Below are positions 53,327 to 64,000 of a stretch of DNA of 64,000 nt, in pieces (position 1 is the stretch's first letter; every line of letters starts with the position of its first letter). The DNA lies in contig CAWDSQ010000007.1 in NCBI GenBank assembly GCA_963804955.1, positions 496,183 through 560,182 of the forward strand. Direction: 5' to 3'. The translations under genes were made by a program, and so were the position numbers. The notes under the pieces are model-generated. The model was not told the origin of the DNA. It did not search any database and saw only the letters and a program-made list of their open reading frames with translations. Source of the stretch: an uncultured delta proteobacterium. GTDB taxonomy: Bacteria; Desulfobacterota; WTBG01; CAIYCZ01; CAIRTM01.

Positions 53327-53861
53327 TTATTTCTTTTTGTTCTTGTATTCGGCATCGAGAATAGGCGTGATCTTATCGGTAATATCCAGAGAATCCGCTG
53401 CAGTACAGCAGCAGCACATCGCTTTTGCCGAAAATGATGCTGTAGCCGTTTTCCTTGCCGTACTTCTGAATAATGGGAATCAGCAGGCTGAGAATTTCAT
53501 TTTTAAGCTCGGCCTCCTTGATCTGCAGCTCGGTCTGCTGGTCCTTCAGGAGGCGCTCATAGTCGCGCTTGCGCCGCAGAAAATCCTTTTCTTTTTCCCG
53601 CCGGGAATCCTCGGAAAGCATGGCGCTCTGCTTTTCAAGCGTTTCTCCAAGCTTTTCAACCGAGTTTTTTTCCTTCATCAGGCTGTCCTCGGCCTTTTTT
53701 ACGTCCCCTTTGAACTTCTCGCCTGCGCTCTTGCCCGCCGCGCTCTCGCCCACAACCTTCTGAATATCTACATAGGCTATCTTCAGATCAGCTGCCTGGG
53801 CAACCGATACCGCGCAAAATGCCGCACAGATTACTGCTGCTACAATAAAATTTTTTTTCAT
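53327..53861 (-). CDS. skp: Skp/OmpH chaperone, frameshift near the C-terminus
   Basis: Signal peptide, KIAYVDIQKV, a coiled coil and DITD; lies between bamA and lpxD. Confidence 0.9.
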
Positions 53862-53925
53862 GCTCCTGCTCCTTCTTGAATTATAATAATTGCTTGCCTG
53901 GCACTTTGCCGTGTGTGCGCTCCCG

Positions 53926-56736
53926 TTAAAATGTATTGCCCATGGAAAATTCGAAATTGCTGGAGGGCTCGTCATACTTTGATTTCGGGCTCGGATTATA
54001 GCCCCACTCAACGCGCAGTGGCCCGAACGGCGAATACCACCGGATACCCAGACCAACATCATAGCGCAGGTCGGAAAAATAGGTGTCGCTCTTATCGTAG
54101 GAGTTGCCGATATCGGTAAACACTACACCCCGGATTCCCGCCTCCTTCATGATGGGGAAAAGGTATTCAAAGTTGAAATACAGCGCCTTGTCGCCGCCCA
54201 CGCATTCATAGTCATCGTCGTAGCCCTTTTGCGGTATCTTGATCGTCCTCTTCACGTTGCCGTTGCGGTCATAGATATAATACTTTTTCGACCCCTTTGG
54301 CCGGCGCTCCATCGGCCCCATGCTGCGCGCCTCAAACCCGCGCATGCTGTCGATGCCGCCCAGAAAATATTTTTCCGAAATGGGGATATCTTCACCCAGC
54401 TCAAAGAACTGGCCGATTGTGCCGCGCATCATAAACGCCGTGTCCCAGAACAGGGGAAACCATTTGGCGGCGCTGAAGTTCAGGCCAAGGTAGCGGGCAT
54501 CGCCGCCGAAGCCGGCAAGCTCGGCCGATCCGCTCGATTACGGTGCCCATGCGCGGCTTGAATTTGTCATCGCGCGTGTCGCGCGTGATGCTGTTGATAA
54601 TGCTGCTGATGATGGTTTTGCCCGCCTGACTTCTGGATTTCAAGAGGCGCATCATCGCCATCGCCGTAGTAGTATCCTCATCATTCCAGTCATCACTTCG
54701 ATCGTAGTCGGAATTACCCCGTAACTTGATGTCGATAGACTCAAGCCGGTACGTGATGTGATAGCGCGTATAGTCGTACTTGAAGAAAGGAAAGCTCGGC
54801 GCGCAGGTTCAGGCCGATGCTTTCGCGGTCGAAGTCCTCATACTCGCGGTTTATGTTGAACAGGTCGAAACCCGACGGACATGCGCGAATCTTTATACCA
54901 GGGCTCGGTAAACGATATATTATAATAGCTCGATCTGCCGCCGAGCTGGGCCATGAACGACAGCTGCTGGCCCTTGCCGAAAAGGTTGTTCTGGGAAATG
55001 GAAAACATGCCCATGACGCTGTCAACGGAGCTGTAGCCCTGCGCCGATGCTGAAGGAGCCGGTGGGGCGCTCCTTGACCTCGACATGCAGCTTCACCTTG
55101 CCGGGGATTAGAGCCGGGCTCGGTGTTGATGTTTACCTCTTCGAAGTAGCCGAGCTTGTTGACATCCTGCTTGCCGCGCTTGATTTCCTCGGAATTGTAC
55201 ACGCCGCCTTCCCACAGGCGCAGTTCGCGGCGGATGACATTGTCGCGCGTTCGGGTATTGCCCGTAACGCGGATCTCCTCAATGAATATCTTGTCGCCGC
55301 GGTCGATGGCAAAAATGATATTCACCTTCTTTTCTTCGGCCTGGATATCGGTAAGCGGTGAAACATCGGCATACGCGAAGCCTTTTTCAGAATAGATGCC
55401 CTTAAGGGCTACCAGATCGTCATTCAGGGTGCGGCCGTTGAAAATCTGACCGGGCAGATATTTTTACCTTGTTCTGCAAGCTCATTCGGGGGATAGATGA
55501 GATCACCCTTGAACTCACTGGTTCCGATGGTGAAGCGGTCGCCCTCGGTGATAGTGAAATGCACATAGATGCCATCGTCCTTGAAATCAACGGTCGGCTT
55601 ATCGACCTTCACCATCAGGAAAGCCCTTGCTGTAGTAATAGGCTGTCAGGCGCTCAGCGTCCTTGTCAAGGGATTCGTCCTTGAAAACGCCCACAGTGGT
55701 GAAATACGACAGGAGCCAGTGTTTTTTCCGCGTCTCCATAATACCCCGAAGCTCGCCGGCCTTGATGGAGTCGTTGCCGGAAAAGGTTACCCCCTTGACC
55801 TTAACAATCTTATTTTCCGTTATATCAAAATCAACGGAAGCAAAATCCTCATCAATGGGATTGACCCGGTAGGTTATCTCGGCATTGTAGTAGCCCTTTT
55901 CCATATAGGCCTTCTTGATGCGGCCCACATCCCCGACGACCTTGTTGACATCAAGAATCGTGCGCGGCTTGACCTCCATGACCTTCTGAATATCCTCTAT
56001 CTTAAGGCTTTTGGTGCCGTTGATCTGCACGGCCCGTATCATGGGCTTTTCCACACGGTGAAGGTCACTTCCTTGCCGCCCTCAATATCCTGCGTGGTGA
56101 TCTGAATATCCTTGAAATAGCCCATTTCATAGACTTTTTTCAGATCTTCCTGCACCATGTCGGGGGAATACGGCTCGCCCTTTTTCGTCTGCATGACATA
56201 CAGGATGGCGTCCTTCTCAATGAACTTATTGCCGTTTATGAGCACATCGGCCACAAGCTCCCGGTTGAGGATCACAAAGCTCAAACGCCTGGCCAGATCC
56301 TGCATGCTGGCCGGAAGTTCAGCGGTGTCATCGGCGGTAAGGTATACGCGCTGCAGGGGCCTTTTGCCGCTCATATCGATGATGGCAGCGTCGATGCTTG
56401 CCGCCTTGCCGATTTTTGTGAGCGTGCCGCCAACGACAAAATCAGCGCCCACTGCCCGGCCGACAGAGCGGGCACGCCTGCTCGGTGAAGCCCTTCCACC
56501 CGAGCTGCAGCAAGGGCCTTTGCCACCACGGGTTTGGGCACGACCATAATTTCCCCGGGCTTTTCAAGGCGCGTGGCGACCATGTCCGGCAGGGCGCGGC
56601 TGAGATAATCTATGGAATCCTTGCTGTTGACGGTAAAGGGCAGCACACACACCTTGACCCCGTCTGCCGCATAGACATTTCCCGGGCCGGCATACAGCAG
56701 CGCCGCTGCAACAATGAATAGTATTTTTTTAAACAT
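53926..56736 (-). CDS. bamA: Outer-membrane assembly factor BamA with extra N-terminal domain, multiple frameshifts
   Basis: POTRA motifs (GNTRTRDNVIRRE), NLFGKGQ, LGGIDSMRGF, WYSPFGPLR and C-terminal FSMGNTF. Confidence 0.92.
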
Positions 56737-56797
56737 CGCTTCGACTCTCTCGCCTGATGAGTACGTTTTTATCTCAGCCGCCAGGCGGCATAGCATA

Positions 56798-57502
56798 TCA
56801 TGCACTAACGATGCAGCCATCGACGAGCGTTACGCATCGCGGCGTGCTGCGTGCAAATTCTTCATTGTGTGTCACAATAATAAGCGTCATCCCGAACTCC
56901 CGGTTCAGCTCCTGCAGCAGGCCAAACACTTCATGGCCCGTATGCGTGTCGAGATTGCCGGTTGGCTCATCGGCAAGCACCACCTCGGGGCTCATCACCA
57001 GAGCCCGCGCCACGGCAACGCGCTGCTGCTCGCCGCCGGAAAGCTCTCCCGGGCTTATGCTCAAGCCGCTGCCCCAGCCCCATGCGCTCAAGAAGCCCCC
57101 GGGCTTTGGCCTCTGCCGCCTTCAGGTCCGACGCCTGCAATACGGGCCGGCATCATGGTGTTTTCAAGCGCTGTAAACTCCGGCAGCAGATGATGAAACT
57201 GAAAAATAAACCCGAGCTTGCGGTTTCTGAAATCGGCAAGGGCGCTGTGGCTGCTGCGAAAACAGATCGCTGCCGCCATACAGGACTTTGCCCGAAGTCG
57301 GATGGTCAACCGTTCCGATAATATTTAAAAGCGTGCTTTTGCCCGCGCCTGATGGCCCGATTACCGACAGCAGCTCGCCCCGGGCAATCGAAAAACTCAC
57401 ACCCCTGAGAACCTCGGTGCGCGTGCTGTTATGCACATAGGCCTTGCCTACGCCTTCAAGCCTGATCAGCTCCCCTGCCCCGGCAGCCCCGCTGTTATTC
57501 AT
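56798..57502 (-). CDS. lolD: Lipoprotein-releasing ABC ATPase, frameshifted
   Basis: [35 protein letters not shown] and ADEPTGNLD motifs. Confidence 0.9.
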
Positions 57503-58744
57503 AGCGCAGCGCCTCGGCAGGCTCGAGCTTTGCCGCCTGACCCGATGGATACAGCGTGGCGACAAAACAGATAATGATGGTGCAGCAGGCCACCCAGAAG
57601 ACGTCCAGCAGACCTATCTTCACGGTCAGCGCCGGAATATAGTAGACGTCCTTTGCCAGCGATACAATCTGGAAGCTGTTCTGCAGCCAGGCCAGCACAA
57701 GCCCCAGCACAAGCCCCAGCACCGTTCCGAAAAAACCGATGATCAGGCCCTGCAGCATGAATATCCGCTTGATAGCGCCAGAGGTTGCGCCCATGGATTT
57801 CAGTATGGCAATCTCCCTGTTCTTGTCATTGACCATCATCACAAGGGTGGCCACGATGCTGAAGGCCGCCACCAGAATAATCAGCGTCAGGATCACGAAC
57901 ATGGCCAGCTTCTCAAGCTTCAGGGCCGAATACAGGTTGCGGTGCATATCTTTCCAGTCACGCACCTGGTAGGACGGCCCCACAAGACTCGCTTATGGCC
58001 TGCACCACGCCTGCGGTCTGATATATGTCGCGAACCTTCACCTCGATGCCCGTCGCCGTATCGTCCATTTTGAAAAAGCTCTGGGCATTTGCGATGGACA
58101 CATAGGCCATGGACGTATCGTATTCGTACATGCCCGATTCGAATATCCCAACCACCTGAAACTTCTTCCACCGCGGCATCATGCCGGTTGGCGAGCAGCA
58201 GCCCTGTGGGAGAAATCACGGTCAGGGGGCTGCCCGGTGAAATGCAAGCGAGTGCGCAAGCTCCCGGCCGATAATAATGCCGGGAAGCCGTCGCGTTTTC
58301 CTCGGCCGCCACCTCGCCGTCAAGCTGCTTGAGCTCGCCGTCTACGAGAAACTTTTTTATGTCGGTGACTTTCGGGGCGCTCAGCGTATCGATGCCGTGC
58401 AGCACGACGCCCGAAACGCTCGACCCGGTTGACAGCATGACCTGATTCAGGATAAACGGCGTTGCCGCCACCACATCCGGCACGGCACCGATCTGCTGCA
58501 TCACCTGACGGTACTCGGCAATAGAGCTCCCGTAGGCGGTTATGACCACATGGGAATTGGTGCCGAGAATCTTGTTGCGAAGATCGTCGGTAAACCCCGT
58601 CATAACGCCCTGCACCAGAATCAGCGCCATCACGCCGATGGCCACGCCGGCCACTGAAATGATGGTAATCACGGATATGAAGGCCTGCTTGCGCTTGGCC
58701 CTCAAATACCGCAGTGCTATAAATGCTTCATAGGGCAGATTCAT
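57495..58744 (-). CDS. lolC: Lipoprotein-releasing ABC permease LolC/E, frameshifted
   Basis: FIALRYLRAKRKQAFISVI, GMYEYD, EIAILKSMGA and PAEALRYE motifs. Confidence 0.9.
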
Positions 58745-60232
58745 GTGATTTTCTGCGCCCTGTCGGAGCGAAACAGCGGAAACAAAATAACATCGCGGAT
58801 TGAGGCTGAGTCGGTAAACAGCATCACCAGCCGGTCAATGCCGATGCCCTGCCCCGCCGCAGGCGGCATGCCGTGCTCAAGGGCCAGCAGAAAATCCTCA
58901 TCCATCTCCACCGGCCCGCCTTCAATCTTCTCCTTGGCTGCGACCTGAGACTCAAACCGCTGCCGCTGGTCGACCGGGTCGTTCAGCTCGGAAAAAGCAT
59001 TGGCTATTTCACGGCCCGTTATATACAGCTCAAAACGGTCTGTCACGGTCGGATCAAGCTCATTTTTGCGCGCCAGGGGCGACACCTCAACCGGATACTG
59101 CGTGATAAAGGTGGGCTGCATCAGGTGCTTCTCCGCCGCCTCTTCAAAAATCGTGGTCACAATCTCGCCCAGGGCCTCATGGCCGGCAAGCTCAATGCCC
59201 AGCCGTTGCGCATGGCCGCGGGTTTTTTCAAGGTCATCGAGGTCTGCCATGGGAATACTGCCATACTGCGCCGCAGCCTCTTTAATGGTCAGGCGCTTCC
59301 AGGGCGGCGTAAGGTCGATCTCGGTTCCCTGATACATGGTTTTGAACGTGCCGTTGAGCTCTTTGCAAATCGAGCAGAACATCTCCTCGGTCAGATTCAT
59401 CAGATCTTCATAGGTTGCATAGGCATGGTAGAATTCCACCATGGTGAACTCGGGGTTATGCTGGGTGGATATGCCCTCATTGCGGAAATTGCGGTTGATC
59501 TCAAACACGCGCTCGATGCCGCCCACCAGCAGCCGCTTGAGATACAGCTCCGGGGCTATGCGCAGGTACAGGTCCATGTCAAGGGCATTATGGTGCGTTT
59601 TGAACGGCAGGGCTGTTGCGCCGCCGGCAATGGGGTGCATCATGGGCGTCTCGACTTCCACGAAATCTTTCCCGAGCAGAAACTGCCGAACCAGAGTGAT
59701 GATCTTTGCGCGCGTCAGAAATGTTGCGCGCACATCCTCATTGGCGATAAGATCAAGATAGCGCTGGCGGTAGCGCGTCTCCACATCCTGCAGGCCATGC
59801 CATTTCTCGGGCAGCGGCCGCAGCGACTTGGTAAGCATGACAAGGCTGTCGGCAAGCACGGTAATCTCGCCGGTCTTGGTGAGAAAGGCGCGGCCCTCTA
59901 TGCCGAGAAAATCGCCCATATCGACTTTTTTGAAATGTGCCGTACTGCTGCTCGCCGACCCGGTTCTTCTGTACATAGGCCTGAATGCGGCCCTTGCGGT
60001 CCTGCAGATGAAAAAAAGCCGATTTGCCGAAATCGCGCATGCCGACCACGCGGCCGGCAATGCGAAAAACGGACTCGCATGCCTCAACCTCCTCGGCCGA
60101 CTTGCCGGCGCAGGCCTCTGCAACATCATGGGTGGTATGGGTTGCGGCAAAACCGTTGGCATAGGGGTTCACCCCTGCCTGGCGCAGTTCATCAATTTTT
60201 TGAAGCCGTACCTGTAACAGATGATCTTCCAT
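58741..60232 (-). CDS. lysS: Lysine-tRNA ligase (class II), frameshift near 59940
   Basis: LRPLPEKWHGL, YRQRYLDLI, YLRIAPELYLKRL, FRNEG and GIGIDRL motifs. Confidence 0.96.
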
Positions 60233-60387
60233 GTCTCTCCGGTTCACAAAATCATAGCGCAGCCATTGCGCACAAACTGCCAAGTTAAAGGAAAGTAGCA
60301 AAATAACGTAAGACTCCCCATTAGTCAAGGTGAAAAGCGCCGCTGCATTTTGGGCGAAAAGCAAGAAATTTAAATAGGTTGGATTTT

Positions 60388-60620
60388 TCAGGGTCAGAGA
60401 TCGGGGAGCCGGGGTTCAGGGGTTGGGGGGGCAGGTGTTAGGGTTCAGGGGCCGGGGGTCGGGGATCAGGGTGGGACGAGGAGACCTCGCCCGTAATAAA
60501 AAAACCAATCCGGAACCTTTTTCCCCAAAGTCATTATCCCGCTTATAATTCCTGAGTCGACCGCAGCGGCAAACATCTCGTTTTTACCTACCCTGCCACC
60601 TGAACCCCGACCCCTGACCC
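60388..60620. repeat. G-rich heptamer-like repeats with an inverted C-rich partner
   Basis: GGGGTTCAGG/GGGGTCGGGG units at 60390-60470 and CCTGAACCCCGACCCCTGACCC at 60599-60620. Confidence 0.6.
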
Positions 60621-63580
60621 CTATTCTTTCCTTCCCACCATTGGCGCAATCACTTCGAGAACCCTTCGGGTTACGGATCGCAACGCCGGGCTGCGCTCCA
60701 GAGCGGCATTGATGCTGCCGGCATTATTATAATAGATTGCAATGATCTTCCGGCCAATGGCGTTCTTAGCAACGGTTTTATCACGGAAAGACCTGAGCTG
60801 TGAAAGATTCGGGTTGCCATCGCCCAGCAGATTCACAAATGGGCATTTCTTACCGTCGCAATCCTCCTCAATAAGCCCGTTGCAGTTGTTGTCGATACCA
60901 TCGCCACATATCTCCTCAGCCTCTGGCTTCACATACTTGTCTGCATCGTTGCAATCCTGCGCTTTAGCGCACTTCGGGCCTATACCGTACCCGTCACCAT
61001 CATTATCAATACAGCCGGTCGATATGGTTGTCGTAGTTGTGGTTGTGACAACGGTTGTAGTGGTAGATGAACTCGTGCTTGGAGCCGTTGTGGTTGTTGT
61101 CGGTGCTGTTGTCGTACTGGTTGGTTGAGTAGTGGTCGTTGTCGGCTGCGTAGTTGTGGTCGTGACAACGGTTGTAGTGGTAGATGAACTCGTACTTGGA
61201 GCCGTTGTGGTTGTTGTCGGAACAATAGTGGTTGTAGTTGTTATCGGCTCAGCAGTCGTGGTCGTACTGCTGACATAGTAATGTAATATTGTTCCGTTAT
61301 CTCCGACAGCAAAAACATCACCGCTCGAACTGACCCATACGCTGCGCATATGATTGATCGTGCTGCTTGTCATTGCTGACCATGCAGAGCCATCATAATG
61401 GAGTATGCTGCCGCCATCACCAACAGCAAAAACATCGCTGCCTGAAGTGCCCCAGACCCCCCTTAGGTCCACTGTTGTACCGCTGGTCATATTGTCCCAT
61501 GATATGCCGTCATAATAAACTATTGCCCCATTGGTCCCGACAGCAAAAACAGCACTGTCCGAATCACCCCAGACGCCAAACAGTAGATTCGGCGTCTGGT
61601 CAGATGTAACAGTCCATGATGCGCCATTATAATAGGTTATTCGACTTTTATAATACGCAAAACAATTCTCAGGATCAGGCGGGAAAGATCCACAACCACC
61701 TCCGCTAAACCCAGTACTACCGCCCACGCTAAAAATATCACTATCTGAAGCCCCCCATAGGTCATAGCCAGAGCAGTCGGTTGAAACACTATCCCATGAA
61801 GCGCCGTTATAATTAAATAGGGATGTACCTCCAGCAAAGGTGTTAATGTTTGAACTCCCCCAAATGCAGTTAAAATCCATCGTCGTGCCACTGGTCATAT
61901 TATCCCAAGCTATACCGTCATAATGCAGTATCACGCCGTCATACCCAACAACAAAGACATCATTGCCGCCAGAGCCCCAAATTCCCCGAAGCGTAGTGGT
62001 TATGCCGCTGGTTATATTACCCCAGGCTGTTCCATCATAATGCAGTATTGCGCCTCCAGCCCCAACAGCAAAAACATCTGTGCTGGAATTTCCCCAGACG
62101 CGATAAAGAGATTTGGTTGTTCCGCTGGTCATTGAGGTCCAGCCGCACACAGACGTTGTGGTAGTGCTTGGTGCTGTAGTCGTGGTTGTTGGAACTAAAT
62201 CGAAGGTTGCCGATACCGTCAGATTTGTATTCATGATAACTGTGCAGGAACCAGTGCCCGAGCACCCGCCGCCGCTCCAACCGACAAAAGTTGAGACTCC
62301 ATCAGCCGTCGCGGCAAGAGCCACCTCCGTGCAGCTTGTATATGTTTCACTGCAGTGACTGCCGCAGTCTATCTTCCCGTCGTTGCTTCCGACTGTGCCC
62401 CCACCGGTGCCTGATTTTGAAATGATTAAATCACCTAATCCGCCACGCACCGCACGGGCCCAACCGCTGAATGTCTTATAGGCGTTAGACACACTGCCGT
62501 GGTTGAAGCCCACGAGCCACGCGTAGGTTGTACTGCTTGCGTAAGTAGTAGACGACCAGTAACCGGACGGCTCCTCATTGGGGAAATAGTCGGTATTTAT
62601 GGCCGGAACATACCGACTATAATCAACAATTGATCCCAGTTCTTCACAAATTGGCATGCGCCAGTCTGAGAACCCCCCATAGTTAGAGGTATTCAGGGCT
62701 CGGATAAAATCCATAGTGTCGGTACCGTCGCCCGGCTTGCCTGGATTGCCGCCATTTGTGGCGGAATTGTTATCATACCAGGTGTACATATTGTCAGCAT
62801 CATTGGGGTCTGCATAATTTGTTGCATTGTTCCAGGCATGCTTTTCTTCCCAGACAAGGCCGGTCACATCGTCACGAACCATGGCCCAGGTGGTGGCATT
62901 GTCAGGAAGTAGTGTGCAGCCTGCCGCAAGCTTGGTATATCCCGGGGTATTGATACTGTAGCTTGCATCCTGCCCATAGAAGGCCTGTCCCGGCTGAGGG
63001 CAGGGGATTTCCGTCGTACTATTATAACATTTTGTCTGCCCGGTATCAGGCACAGGCCAAAGGGCCACATTATCAAATGCCCCAGACTGTCCCGAACGCA
63101 CCGCGCGAACGTAATTGTAGCCCGTCTTATTGTAGATGTAGACGTAGCCGTAGCCGAAGCACACGTACCACGCGCCGTAAGTATCGTAGGCGTCCGTAGT
63201 AGACGACCAGTAATAGGACGCCACCGTGTCGGAGAAAAACACGGTATTTATTGCTGGATTGTACCGGCTTTTGTCGGTAAGAGACTCAAGCTCTTTAGCC
63301 GTAGGCAGGCGCCAGTCGCTATATTTAGCTCCGGAGGCATTGGCGTACCACTTGTCCACTCCCCGTCATTGTTGAGCATCAAATTCCCACAGTAGGCAAG
63401 GGCTTGCTCCCAGGTATAGGTACCCGGTGCCGTTGTCTGCTGCCACATGAGACCCGTACCATTATCGGTGACCGTGCCGTCGCCATTGTCTATAAAGCCC
63501 GCTTGCGCGCCGGAGCACTGCAGCAGCAAGGCGATTGCAGCGGCAAGAACAAGAAGGTCGCATGATTTGCTTATGTTCAT
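60621..63580 (-). CDS. Secreted modular surface protein: 2x DUF1566 (C-type-lectin fold), InlB-B-like repeat, beta-propeller repeats, Thr-rich linkers, MopE-like metal motif, CFI-box-CTERM-like tail; frameshift near 63360
   Basis: Signal peptide; FIDNGDGTVTDNGTGLMWQ, DWRLPT..EL, two YWSST..AW.V.F..G..RAVR motifs, repeated L.GVWG.S..DVFAVG..G.ILHYDG..W, DNDGDGYG..DCND..EICGDGIDNNCNG and LRSFRD...GRKII.IYY. Confidence 0.88.
61033..61220. repeat. About 70-bp direct duplication in the Thr-rich linker
   Basis: 61033-61102 and 61150-61220 are nearly identical and encode PTTTTTAPSTSSSTTTTVVTTTT twice. Confidence 0.85.
62439..62570 (-). other. Putative DGR variable region 2
   Basis: 132 nt, colinear with 63090-63221. 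Differences concentrate in codon positions 1-2 of NNC/NNT codons. Confidence 0.6.
63090..63221 (-). other. Putative DGR variable region 1
   Basis: TCC TAT TAC TGG TCG TCT ACT ACG GAC GCC TAC GAT...GCG TGG TAC GTG TGC TTC GGC TAC GGC TAC GTC TAC ATC TAC AAT AAG; almost every variable codon ends in C or T. Confidence 0.7.
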
Positions 63581-63648
63581 CGTTTCTTCCTTGGGTGGTT
63601 TAGGGTTCCGAGGTCGGGAAACAGAAAACCCAAGTCGAAATCCGGCCT

Positions 63649-63683
63649 AAAAAAAAAGGCCTGTCCGTGTAAAGACATGCCTT
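63649..63683 (-). terminator. Terminator-like hairpin in the 5' leader of the DUF1566 gene
   Basis: AAGGCATGTC-TTTACACG-GACAGGCCTT (one mismatch) running into a T9 tract, about 70 nt before the ATG. Confidence 0.65.
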
Positions 63684-63800
63684 GGTAGTTCTCTATTCAA
63701 TTTTGAAAACGCTTGTATGTAAAAAAACGGGAAACCCCCTGTCTGCTGTCTATGTTAGCGCAAGCCATACATCCCCCCTCTGCTTTAAATTATCGACTCA

Positions 63801-63830
63801 ACTATAACACGGCACCAGCCCAACTGTCAA
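63801..63830 (-). promoter_or_regulatory. Sigma70-type promoter
   Basis: TTGACA-18 nt-TATAGT with an extended -10 TG on the minus strand. Confidence 0.6.
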
Positions 63831-64000
63831 ACCTGCAAAAGCCTCATACAGTCCGCCCGCAAAATACAAACACCCTTAATAGCGCCTAAACGAAAAGAAA
63901 AAACCGTTAGGTTTCGTGCCTCAAACCCAACCAAAAATAGCTGCTTGCGCAAAAAACATATAAATAAGGGCAAACTAAACAAATCCATGTTGCCCCCGCA

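Noticed and set aside
53926..60232. Pseudogenisation or programmed frameshifting of the envelope operon
   Set aside because: The genes are mostly essential, their motifs are intact and the indels are scattered, so sequencing error is far more likely.
58873..60288. Long antisense ORFs (this one, 12626-13687, 49145-50347 and others)
   Set aside because: They are shadow ORFs opposite well-supported genes in GC-rich DNA and have no recognisable motifs.

Overview
This window looks like chromosomal DNA from an anaerobic Gram-negative bacterium. The gene content and order suggest Desulfobacterota/deltaproteobacteria, which is my inference. Many single-base frameshifts break even essential genes (lysS, bamA, lpxA, lpxD, msbA, lolC/E), so most splits are probably long-read or assembly errors. 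The backbone carries a 2-oxoacid:ferredoxin oxidoreductase operon, an aldehyde:ferredoxin oxidoreductase, a MacAB-type ABC exporter, ChrA, an MCP, AccC, a hybrid kinase, hydG-hydE, paaK, tRNA-Ala(GGC) and the lysS-lolCD-bamA-skp-lpxD-fabZ-lpxA-gnnA-lpxB-msbA-waaA envelope operon. Six features stand out. (1) An octaheme cytochrome c has an in-frame UGA followed directly by a SECIS-like hairpin, so it is a probable selenoprotein. (2) A secreted modular protein has two DUF1566/C-type-lectin domains whose 132-nt 3' ends show the codon pattern of diversity-generating-retroelement (DGR) variable regions; no RT or template is in the window. (3) An integrase-less cluster of integron cassettes carries two toxin-antitoxin modules with mutually complementary core sites. 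(4) A membrane-anchored protein resembles ferredoxin-dependent bilin reductases. (5) Two acyl-CoA-ligase homologues have degenerate catalytic motifs. (6) Several families of dispersed intergenic repeats are present. All family assignments come from motif recognition by eye; no database searches were run.
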